A stretch of DNA of 45,465 bases from a virus, in IMG/VR virus record IMGVR_UViG_3300027674_000002. One strand, written 5' to 3'. Under the pieces are notes generated by a model. The model was not told the origin of the DNA. It made no database searches and was given only the letters and a program-made list of their open reading frames with translations. Both the position numbers and the translations under genes were made by a program. Positions 29,908 to 37,629 of this stretch are shown one piece after another. Position 1 is the first letter of the stretch. Each line of letters starts with the position of its first letter.

Positions 29908-30548
29908 CTCAGCCGCCCCGCGCCTCCGCCGGCGCCGCGTCCGCCGACGAATCCGCCGCCGCCGGGATGCACCGGCGCGGAGCTCGGCGTGGCCTTGCCC
30001 CACACAATCGAAAGTTCCTGCAGGCTCGCGACGTAATCGAATCCCAGGTCCGTCGGGTAATCGATCGCCTGGTCCTGCTTTTCATAGCGCCGCTCGCGCG
30101 AGCGGTTCAGGTCGAGCATGCGGCTCTCCGCGGTGATCGAAATCACCGCGGTGTCGCCGCCCTCGGCGATTTCGCAGGTGTCCATCCTTCCCTGCCAGGC
30201 ATTGTTGGGACTCACGACCACGCCACCCGCGGGAGTCAGAAATCCCTGGTAGATAATCACGGGGTTTCCCTGGCGCACTTCGCCGAGAGCGCTGGTGATG
30301 AGGCTCGCGGGAATTCCCGAAAGCGAAAGCTTGATGCCCACGGCCGTGACGTCCGCGGTTTCCGGAAGCGTGGAGACGCTGCCGAGGCTGCCGACGCCGG
30401 TCCAGGTCTGGCCGTTCCATGAAATGGGTCCCTGTCCGGACCAGACGTAGATGTACCCCGAAGTGAACAGCGCCTGAACGAACATCACCGGACGCAGGTT
30501 TTGCGCGGTGATTTCCGCGATCTGCGCTGCGGTGAGGTTCCTGGCCAT
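29904..30548 (-). CDS. minor tail protein (gpL-position tail-tip component, 214 aa)
   Basis: Position between the Dit-like and NlpC/P60 genes. VMFVQALFTSGYIYVWSGQGPISWNGQTWTGVGSLG pattern. Gly-rich C-tail. Confidence 0.55.
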   Translation of the reverse strand: MARNLTAAQIAEITAQNLRPVMFVQALFTSGYIYVWSGQGPISWNGQTWTGVGSLGSVSTLPETADVTAVGIKLSLSGIPASLITSALGEVRQGNPVIIYQGFLTPAGGVVVSPNNAWQGRMDTCEIAEGGDTAVISITAESRMLDLNRSRERRYEKQDQAIDYPTDLGFDYVASLQELSIVWGKATPSSAPVHPGGGGFVGGRGAGGGAGRLR

Positions 30549-30551
30549 TTT

Positions 30552-31640
30552 TTAGAAAGCCTCGCGCGCGCCAAACGAAATCGAATAGTGCCCCGCGGTG
30601 TCGACCGTCCATGGGCAAGCGTTCGAATCCAGGCGAAACTGTCCCTGCGGCTTTGCGAAAACCAAAAACCCGCTATAGCCGCTGGCGTAGAGGGGCGATT
30701 CGCGAAGCCTCGGAAAAATATCGAGAACGGCGGGAGTTCCGCTCTGGTCGCTCAGATTTAGATAGAGCCGGCGGATCGACGCTTGCGGCGCCGACGTCGT
30801 CGGAAAATAATCGAGGCCCACCCCCGAGCCGAGCTCCACCTGCGCGCCCCAGGCATCCACTTCGCCGCTGCCGGTCCAGCCGGTGTTGCCGTCGCCGATT
30901 CTTATATAAGGGCCCGGGCGTCCTGAAAGCGGGGGCCCCTGAATCGTGCAGGTCACGCTGAAGCGCTGCCAGCTCGTAGTCAGCGCGCAGGTGAACGCGT
31001 TCGACGGCTCATTGAATTGGATGGGCAGGCTCTTGGTTCCAGCGGGAACCTTCAGCCAGATCGAAAACGTATAGGTTTGGCCATTCGTGAGGTTCGCCAA
31101 ATCCTGCACGACCCATCCGGTGGTTGCCGTTGCGACTAGCGCCTCCGCCGTCGTCGTACCATCCGGAGCGACAATGGTGTCGGCCGTCGGGCGAGTGACG
31201 TTCGAATAAACCCAGGCAGCGTTTTCGAATGCTTGCGACCAGATGACGCGGTTTTCTCCCCCGATCTGAAAATAATCGCCGGCTTTCAAAACGCCGGTGA
31301 GGTTCGCAATCGTCAGCACTTTTCCGGTTTGTCCCGCGGAATTCACGGAGGGTGTTCCGCCGGCGCTCCCGAGCGGCGCGAGCACCGTGGGATCGCCGAA
31401 AAGAAAAGTCCCGCTGCGGCCGTTCAATGCGGCGAAAAATGCCAGCCAGGGCGCGGCCTGCGCGCGCGTCAGGAACGGCAGGTCCACTTTCGCCGTCCAC
31501 CAGGATCCCGGCTGCTCGTAGATTTGTCCCTGCCCGGTGAACGCGGAATCGTATTCGCCCACCATGAAATTCTGCGCGAGGGTGATCTGCTTCGGCCCGG
31601 GCGGCATCGCCGGCATCGCGATTGGGTACGCAATGCTCAC
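30552..31640 (-). CDS. distal tail protein-like minor tail protein with a carbohydrate-binding-module-like insertion (362 aa)
   Basis: Position directly after the tape measure. Central NAAWVYSNVT..APDGTTTAEAL..GQTYTFSIWLKV..SWQRFSVT..AWGAQVELG resembles CBM-type phage fibre domains. Confidence 0.6.
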   Translation of the reverse strand: MSIAYPIAMPAMPPGPKQITLAQNFMVGEYDSAFTGQGQIYEQPGSWWTAKVDLPFLTRAQAAPWLAFFAALNGRSGTFLFGDPTVLAPLGSAGGTPSVNSAGQTGKVLTIANLTGVLKAGDYFQIGGENRVIWSQAFENAAWVYSNVTRPTADTIVAPDGTTTAEALVATATTGWVVQDLANLTNGQTYTFSIWLKVPAGTKSLPIQFNEPSNAFTCALTTSWQRFSVTCTIQGPPLSGRPGPYIRIGDGNTGWTGSGEVDAWGAQVELGSGVGLDYFPTTSAPQASIRRLYLNLSDQSGTPAVLDIFPRLRESPLYASGYSGFLVFAKPQGQFRLDSNACPWTVDTAGHYSISFGAREAF

Positions 31641-33907
31641 GCGGTCCTCAGCTGCACTTCGCGGCCTGTCTGCAGGGCGCGCTGCACCGCGCGATTTTCA
31701 ACCAGCTGCAGCGAGCGCTGGAACTGCGCTTCGGTGATGGAGCTGCCGCGCGCGTCAATCTGGTAAATGATCGTGGGCGCTCCGCCGGAGCCGCCGCCGT
31801 TCGGGGTAATCGCCCCGGCCGTCGATGGCGTGAAGATTTCCGGGCCGTGTTCGCCGACGATGATGGGCATGCCCCCGGGAGTGGATCCGCCGGAAGCGAA
31901 CGCGGGAATCGTGCCATCGAGGAAAGCGTTCTCCGCCGCGGTGAATCCGCCGCCTCCGCCGCCGTGCAGCCCAGAGAAAATACTGCTGAGCCCGCCCATG
32001 AGGCCGCCGCCGGCTTTCGAATTTGCGCCGCCGAAGCCGAACAGCGCCCACTTCAAGAACATTTCCCCTAGCTGCTTGGTGATATCGGAGAGGACCTGCG
32101 TGAAACTCTTCCCCGAGAAAATCAGATCGGAGAGCGAGCGCTCCGCCACGGTGCCGAACTCTTTCCACGCGGCCGAGGATTGCGCCGCCGCTCCGGTCAT
32201 CTTCCGGAGCTGGTCCTGCTGGACGATCAGTGCGGCGGTCAGCTTTGCCGCGCCGACGCTCGAATCGAGCTGCGCCAGGTCATAGGCCGTGACCTGATCC
32301 GTGCTCATGCCGAACGTGGCGATGGAATGCTGGACCTCGTTGGTTTGTTGCGTGATGGCTTCGGTGAAGGCCTGCGTCTGCGTGATCGCGCCGATGTTCG
32401 ACGTCGGAGAAAATCCGGTGGTGTCGAGTTTCATTTCGAGATCGAGCTGGGTCTTGAGGGCGTCGATTTGCTCGAGCAAAGTCTTCAGTGCGGCTTGCTG
32501 CGTGAGAAGTTTGTTCTCGGCGATGGTCTGACTGTCGATCTGCGCGATCTGCTGCATGATCGTCAGCTTCGAATTGAGCTGCCGGTAGAGCGCGACCTCC
32601 GCTTCGGCCCACGCGCCCTGTCCAAGCGCCGCGGCGTCGGTTCTGATTTTGTATTCCTGGATGGCCTCGGCGCTCATGCCGAGCGTGGCGATCTGCGTCT
32701 TGAGCGACGTCAGGATCCCGCCGACGGATTTCTGCAGCGCGTCGAAGGCCTTCGCGGCTTTGTCTTTCACCGATGCGGAAAGCGCATCCATCGCCGCCTG
32801 GGTCGCGGCGGTGGCTTTCGTGCCCTCGCCCCACACGGCCGTCAGCCGCTGGTTGGCCTGGACGCCGATCGCCAGCTCGCGCGCGGCAGCGTCCTGCGCC
32901 GCAAGAGCGCCGAGCGCGATGTCGTCCTTCATCGCCTGCATTGCTTTGCCGGCCGCGCCGAAATGCCCGGTGGCCGCCATTTCGATCGCGCTGAATCCCT
33001 CGACGATGGCTTTTCCGTATAGGACGACCAGGTCGCCGAGCTCGTGCATGCCGCTGCCGAAGAGTTGGAGGACCTGGATCGTCACGACGGCCGCGCTGGC
33101 GAGCACCTGGAAGCCGGTCTTGAGGTCGTCGATGACGCCGCCGGTCTTCGGAGCTTCCATGCGCTCCTGCACCAGGATGTTCGTCAGCTCGTTCAGGTTC
33201 GGCAGCAGCGCCTTCTCGAGCTGGATCTGGAATCCCTGGAATGAGCCCTGCAGGATCTCGAGGTTCTGTTTGAAATGCAGCGCGCCTTCGGCGTCGTCCT
33301 TGCTGAAGACCAGGCCGAGCGAGCGCGCCAGGTCCAGATATTTTTGCAGCGCGACCGGGCCCTGGTTCAGAAACTCCAGCATCACCGCGCCGTTTTTGCT
33401 GAACGCCAGCATGGCCTCGCCGGTTTTCAGGATCCCGTCGGGCATCGCCGCGAAATGCGCGGAGAGCTGCATCAGCGCCTGGTCGCTCGTCTGGATCGAT
33501 GCGGGATCGATCCCCAGGAGGCTCATGTTCTGGCTGGCCTTGGCGTTGCCGAGCTGCGCGGCGATCAGCTGCTTGTCGAATTTCTCCATCGCGCTGGCGA
33601 TCTGGTCAACTTCCATGCCGAACATTTTCGCGACAAACGCCAGGCCGCTCATGCTCTCGACGCTCATGCCGGAGGCCTGCGCCAGGTGCAGGATGTGCGT
33701 TTCGAACTCCGTGGTGCGATCGGTCATCGCGACCATGGCGCCGGCAAACGTGCCGAGCATTCCGAGCGCGGCCGTGCCGATGAGCGAAAAGGAACGCTGG
33801 ATTTGCGTTGCGGTGTCGAAGGAAAGATTTTTGACGCGGTTCAGGTCCGTCACGAACGAAGCGGTGTTCGCGTTGAGATTGATGATCAGTTCGCCGATGG
33901 TTGCCAT
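31637..33907 (-). CDS. tape measure protein (756 aa)
   Basis: Long alpha-helical Ala/Gln/Leu-rich ORF after the G/GT chaperones. N-terminus IGELIINLNANTASFVTDLNRV is typical of tape measure proteins. Confidence 0.9.
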   Translation of the reverse strand: MATIGELIINLNANTASFVTDLNRVKNLSFDTATQIQRSFSLIGTAALGMLGTFAGAMVAMTDRTTEFETHILHLAQASGMSVESMSGLAFVAKMFGMEVDQIASAMEKFDKQLIAAQLGNAKASQNMSLLGIDPASIQTSDQALMQLSAHFAAMPDGILKTGEAMLAFSKNGAVMLEFLNQGPVALQKYLDLARSLGLVFSKDDAEGALHFKQNLEILQGSFQGFQIQLEKALLPNLNELTNILVQERMEAPKTGGVIDDLKTGFQVLASAAVVTIQVLQLFGSGMHELGDLVVLYGKAIVEGFSAIEMAATGHFGAAGKAMQAMKDDIALGALAAQDAAARELAIGVQANQRLTAVWGEGTKATAATQAAMDALSASVKDKAAKAFDALQKSVGGILTSLKTQIATLGMSAEAIQEYKIRTDAAALGQGAWAEAEVALYRQLNSKLTIMQQIAQIDSQTIAENKLLTQQAALKTLLEQIDALKTQLDLEMKLDTTGFSPTSNIGAITQTQAFTEAITQQTNEVQHSIATFGMSTDQVTAYDLAQLDSSVGAAKLTAALIVQQDQLRKMTGAAAQSSAAWKEFGTVAERSLSDLIFSGKSFTQVLSDITKQLGEMFLKWALFGFGGANSKAGGGLMGGLSSIFSGLHGGGGGGFTAAENAFLDGTIPAFASGGSTPGGMPIIVGEHGPEIFTPSTAGAITPNGGGSGGAPTIIYQIDARGSSITEAQFQRSLQLVENRAVQRALQTGREVQLRTA

Positions 33908-33949
33908 GATTTGTATCGGGCGCCGATTCTTGGAGCGCCAGTTAAAAAA

Positions 33950-34686
33950 TTACCCGCTCAGCGGGCGGTTGCGCTCGTGCACGATGCCGCCCATCTCCCG
34001 GGTGATCTGCTCCACGAGCGCGCGGTTCTGCTCCGGCGTCAGTGGCGTCTCGACTTTCTTTTCCGCGAGCCACGGGAAGACGTCCTGCGCCTGGATCGCG
34101 CCGTCTTCCTTCGTGCGGTGGACGTTCACGATCGCGCAAATGATCTGCGCCGTGCGCCAGTCTTCTCTCTTCACTCGCTCCCAGTGGGCTTCTTCGAGCG
34201 CCGCGAGCTGGCCGAACGATAGTTTTCCCAGCTCTTCTTCGCCGAGGCCGAGATCGATTCGTCCGTGGGCGAAAAACTTCAGCCGGCGGCGACGCTGCTC
34301 GCCGGCGCCGGGACGTTTGGGGCATCGCTCACGTCCTGCGCGTTCCACGCTTCGATGTAGGCTTTGATCACCGGCCCGAGGTCCACGGGATTCAGCATCG
34401 CGCCGACCTGGCGGACGGTGAGCGTTGGATCCTCATGGAGCAGCCCGGCCCACACGATCGCGCGCACGCGCTTGAACGACGGCACGGCCGGAACGAATAC
34501 CGGCTCCGGCGCGTCGCTCATGTGCGCGGGCGGCGGCGCCTCCATCTTTCCGGCGAGCTCCTCCCAGCCTTCTTTGGTCATCAGGTTCAGGTTGAGCTCT
34601 TCGCCGAGAGCGATGAGCGCGTTGACGTCGTAAAGCAGGCGGCGTTCCTTGTCGAGCTGGATCGCTACGCTCTTGATGCTTTGCAT
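33950..34686 (-). CDS. tail assembly chaperone GT fusion product (-1 frameshift at 34321..34315)
   Basis: Zero frame GCC CCA AAC contains C CCA AAC. The -1 frame (track ORF 33950..34348) continues PKRPGAGEQ...KFFAHGRIDLGLGEEELGKLSFGQLAALEEAHW. Confidence 0.7.
34279..34686 (-). CDS. tail assembly chaperone (gpG-like, 135 aa)
   Basis: Position between the tube and tape measure genes. MQSIKSVAIQLDKERRLLYDVNALIALGEEL. GGGGGAAA Shine-Dalgarno. Confidence 0.75.
   Translation of the reverse strand: MQSIKSVAIQLDKERRLLYDVNALIALGEELNLNLMTKEGWEELAGKMEAPPPAHMSDAPEPVFVPAVPSFKRVRAIVWAGLLHEDPTLTVRQVGAMLNPVDLGPVIKAYIEAWNAQDVSDAPNVPAPASSVAAG
34315..34321 (-). other. -1 programmed frameshift slippery heptamer CCCAAAC
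   Basis: X XXY YYZ in the correct zero frame, 36 nt before the gpG-like stop. Confidence 0.7.
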
Positions 34687-34728
34687 GTTCGTTTCCCCCA
34701 TTAAAATATTTCGAGCTTGAAATCGGCC

Positions 34729-34770
34729 CATTCGCGCCAAGCTGCCCTTACCGGGGCACGTTGGCGCGTT
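34729..34770 (-). repeat. structured hairpin repeat, copy D
   Basis: Sense strand AACGCGCCAACGTGCCCCGGTAAGGGCAGCTTGGCGCGAATG. Confidence 0.85.
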
Positions 34771-34773
34771 TTA

Positions 34774-35406
34774 CTACCAGAGCACCGGCTTCCCGGTGAT
34801 TCGGATCGTGCCGGTGACGGTGATGCGGTCGTCGACCGGGTAAGCCGGAGTCAGCGCGGTCACGTAGCCGCTGAACATCCAGATCCCGGTGCCGGCCGCG
34901 GGAAGCGCGATGCACCAGTTCGAAAGCACGCCGCCTTCGAAATCCGTGCGCGCATTCTGCTGCGACAGCGTCGCTTCCTTCGGGATGTAGTTCCCCTCGA
35001 AGGTGATATCGCCGCCCTCGCGGAGTCCCGCGATGAATTCCTTGTACGTGCTCGGCGACATCATGTTCGAAACTTCCTTCATGTCCGCCTTCATCCCCGG
35101 GCCGCCGAACTTGATGCTCTCGAGCAGCGGAACCATCAGCGCGATATTGATGGCCGTGCCATGGGTGACGTTGAAAATGGCGGTGAACGTCGAGCCGGTG
35201 ATGGCGCTGACCTCCACGAGTTCGGTAAGTGCGGCGTTGCCGGTATCGATCGCGAGGATCGTGCCGATGGCGATATTCGTCATCGCCGCCGGCGTGACGA
35301 CCTGCGGCGACGCGTTCAGCGTGATGGCCGCCGCGATGGTGGTGAGCGTCGCGGCGCGGCGCCCCAATACTGTTCCGTATCCGACCTGTGCTTGTGAGAC
35401 AGCCAT
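34774..35406 (-). CDS. major tail (tube) protein paralog with an insertion of about 75 aa (210 aa)
   Basis: N- and C-terminal parts align with 35484..35888 (MAVSQAQVGYGT.., GGPGMKADMKEVSNMMSPSTYKEFIAGLREGGDITFE.., RITGKPVLW). Confidence 0.8.
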   Translation of the reverse strand: MAVSQAQVGYGTVLGRRAATLTTIAAAITLNASPQVVTPAAMTNIAIGTILAIDTGNAALTELVEVSAITGSTFTAIFNVTHGTAINIALMVPLLESIKFGGPGMKADMKEVSNMMSPSTYKEFIAGLREGGDITFEGNYIPKEATLSQQNARTDFEGGVLSNWCIALPAAGTGIWMFSGYVTALTPAYPVDDRITVTGTIRITGKPVLW

Positions 35407-35450
35407 GGAATTTTCCTCTTCCTCTGCAGCCCCGAGCTCTTCGAGGCTGG

Positions 35451-35480
35451 TGCATCAAACTGCATGAAACTGCATAAGAG
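35451..35480. repeat. three 10-bp phased direct repeats (TGCATNAAAC-like) between the tube paralogs
   Basis: tgcatcaaac tgcatgaaac tgcataagag, read directly. Confidence 0.6.
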
Positions 35481-35483
35481 CGA

Positions 35484-35888
35484 CTAGCTCAGAACCGGTT
35501 TTCCGGTGATGCGCAGCGTTCCGCTGCACACGATGCGGTCGTCCACCGGGATCGCCGGCGTCAGCGCCGACACCATCGCGGTGAACGTCCAGGTGCCGAG
35601 CGCGCCGGGCAGCACGATCGTCCAGCTCGACTGCACACCGCCTTCGAAGTCCTGGCGCAGCGTGATCTGCGTGGCGTCCTTCGGGATGTAGTTCATCTCG
35701 AAGGTGACGTCGCCGCCTTCGCGAAGCCCCGCGACGAATTCCTTGTAGGTATTCGGCGAGAGCATGTTCGAAACTTCCTTCATGTCCGCCTTCATGCCCG
35801 GCCCGCCGACCTTCAGGACTTCGAGGACCGTGACGCCGGCGCGCTGCAAGAGCGTTCCGTATCCGACTTGTGCGAGTGAGACAGCCAT
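35484..35888 (-). CDS. major tail (tube) protein (134 aa)
   Basis: Position after the DUF3168 gene. phi13/TP901-like pattern GGPGMKADMKEVSNMLSPNTYKEFVAGLREGGDVTFEMNYIP.. AAAGGAG Shine-Dalgarno. Confidence 0.85.
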   Translation of the reverse strand: MAVSLAQVGYGTLLQRAGVTVLEVLKVGGPGMKADMKEVSNMLSPNTYKEFVAGLREGGDVTFEMNYIPKDATQITLRQDFEGGVQSSWTIVLPGALGTWTFTAMVSALTPAIPVDDRIVCSGTLRITGKPVLS

Positions 35889-35931
35889 TGTGTTGCTCCT
35901 TTGTCCCGGTCCTGACCGGGACTCAAAAAAA

Positions 35932-36342
35932 TCACGGTTCTCTGTGCCAGATTTGGAAATCCAGGTCACAGCGAAAAGTAAGTTCGATGGAATCGTAGAT
36001 GTCGCGCTCGGCCAGCAGCGACGTGTCCAGAATCACCGTCGAGCCGACCGTGCCCTGAAATTTGATCAGCGCCTGGCGCACCGCTTGGCTGAGCCTCTTG
36101 GCCGTCAGGTAATCGAGCGCCATGCACGCGAACTGATACCGGCCGTCGTTGAGTCCCGAAACGCCTTCCATCGAAGAAGGGCGGACTCCCGAGACCTGCG
36201 TGTAAACCACCGCCGGCAGATTGTTCGAGGTCGCCGATTTCTGCGGCAGGTTCTGCGGGTATACGGACGTCCCCACGATCCCGGAGATGCCCGCGTTGGC
36301 CTTCAAATATGCCGTCAGGTCTTCGATCGGGATCGTCGTCAT
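35932..36342 (-). CDS. DUF3168-family neck/tail-terminator protein (136 aa)
   Basis: LTAYLKANAGISGIVGTSVYPQNLPQ...LPAVVYTQVSG pattern and gene order. Confidence 0.7.
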   Translation of the reverse strand: MTTIPIEDLTAYLKANAGISGIVGTSVYPQNLPQKSATSNNLPAVVYTQVSGVRPSSMEGVSGLNDGRYQFACMALDYLTAKRLSQAVRQALIKFQGTVGSTVILDTSLLAERDIYDSIELTFRCDLDFQIWHREP

Positions 36343-36893
36343 TGCCGGTGCAGCTCCCGCGCCGCCGCTTCGATTCCGGATGCGAGCTTTGTCTCCACGA
36401 TTGCGAGCGCGCGATATTTTTCGCCATCGAACGCCGGCCGCATGAACGGCTGCGCCGCCACGGCCGTCGCCGCGTTCGCGGTGATCCAGCCGAACTCGAT
36501 GAAGCGCCCATAGAAAACGTTCGGATCGAGCGCGACTTTGCCGTGCACCCAGGAACCCGCCGTGCTGTGCGAGCCCGTGCGCATCTGCTTCTTGATTCCG
36601 TCGACCAGGTGCATCCCTTCTTTTTTCTGCGAATCGTAGGGCGCGAGCTCCTGGGCTCGCTGGCGAAATGCTTCCGTGGCCTCGGTCATCGCGTCGACCA
36701 GGCTTTTCTTCGCGAGCATGGGCGGCAGCTGCTCGAGCGCGGCTTCGAGCTCCGCAAGCCCCGTGACTTTCACGGTGAGCGTCACGCCGCCGCCGGCGTG
36801 GCTTCCGGCGATCAGCCGCTGCAGGTCGTGGTTCACGCCGAAGCCCGATAGCATGTGCGACAGCGAGCCGTTGATGTCCGCGAGTCCCGGCAT
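36339..36893 (-). CDS. HK97 gp10-family tail-completion protein (184 aa)
   Basis: ...YGRFIEFGWITANAATAVAAQPFMRPAF resembles the gp10-family signature. Confidence 0.8.
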   Translation of the reverse strand: MPGLADINGSLSHMLSGFGVNHDLQRLIAGSHAGGGVTLTVKVTGLAELEAALEQLPPMLAKKSLVDAMTEATEAFRQRAQELAPYDSQKKEGMHLVDGIKKQMRTGSHSTAGSWVHGKVALDPNVFYGRFIEFGWITANAATAVAAQPFMRPAFDGEKYRALAIVETKLASGIEAAARELHRQ

Positions 36894-36898
36894 GGTTT

Positions 36899-37267
36899 CT
36901 ATTGGCGCTCCTTGGCGATCAGCTCGAGCTCGAAATTCCGTTCGTCGCGGTTGTTCACCGCCTGGATGTCGAAGATGCGGCCGTTCGGATGAAGCGCGTC
37001 GGTGAAGAGCACCTGGTCCTTCGGGCTGAGCGTCGCGAGCCGCGAATCCCACCGCAGATGGATGCGTGTGTAATCCAGGCCGATCAATTGATTGCCGGAA
37101 AATTCCTCGCGGCCGGCGCGCGCGCTGCCGACGTAGGGCTCGATCCATCCCCAGGTCACCGCGAGCGTCGTCCACGTTCGCGTTTCCTGGCCGGCGGTGT
37201 CCGCCGTGCCCGTTGTTTGCCGCTGCACGGTGATCAGGTGCCGGAATTTTCCAGCGTTCAGCGCCAT
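36899..37267 (-). CDS. head-closure / head-tail joining protein (SPP1 gp16 / HK97 gp9-like, 122 aa)
   Basis: FRHLITVQRQT...TWGWIEPYVGSARAGREEF...IHLRW....IFDIQAVNNRDERNFELELIAKE pattern. Confidence 0.8.
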   Translation of the reverse strand: MALNAGKFRHLITVQRQTTGTADTAGQETRTWTTLAVTWGWIEPYVGSARAGREEFSGNQLIGLDYTRIHLRWDSRLATLSPKDQVLFTDALHPNGRIFDIQAVNNRDERNFELELIAKERQ

Positions 37268-37629
37268 CAGCCGGCCACCAGCCGCATGGACATTTCTTTG
37301 TAGTAATCGCCACGCGGCTCGCTGCCCGGCGCCGTGAAGGCCACCTGCAGCGTGTACATCCCTGGATTCGGCGCGAAGGTTTGTTCGACCAGGGCGCGAT
37401 AGATTCCGTTCGAAGCCGCGATGTATGCGAAAGAGATCCCGTCCAGTCCGGTGACGTGGGCTCCGGTGGAATCCACTAGCGTCGCGGTCCCCGTGAGATT
37501 GTTCAGATAGACCACCGGCACGGCAGTGCCGTCGCCGAGCGTGATCCCGGTAGTGCCGTCGACCATCGGGCCCCATTCGATGTACTCGTCGTTTTTCAAA
37601 TGGAAAGTGAGGCTGACCGGCATGGTCAT
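37267..37629 (-). CDS. hypothetical beta-rich protein (120 aa)
   Basis: MTMPVSLTFHLKNDEYIEWGPMVDG... ATGA overlap upstream. Confidence 0.55.
   Translation of the reverse strand: MTMPVSLTFHLKNDEYIEWGPMVDGTTGITLGDGTAVPVVYLNNLTGTATLVDSTGAHVTGLDGISFAYIAASNGIYRALVEQTFAPNPGMYTLQVAFTAPGSEPRGDYYKEMSMRLVAG

Noticed and set aside
26506-30036. 1176-aa plus-strand ORF, the longest in the track, with similar long antisense ORFs such as 9989..11083, 11108..12028, 32649..34367, 41728..43086 and 43506..44396
   Set aside because: Each lies antisense to a confidently identified structural gene. Their products are Arg/Gly/Asp/His-rich and low in complexity, with no motifs. Long stop-free antisense frames are expected at this GC content.
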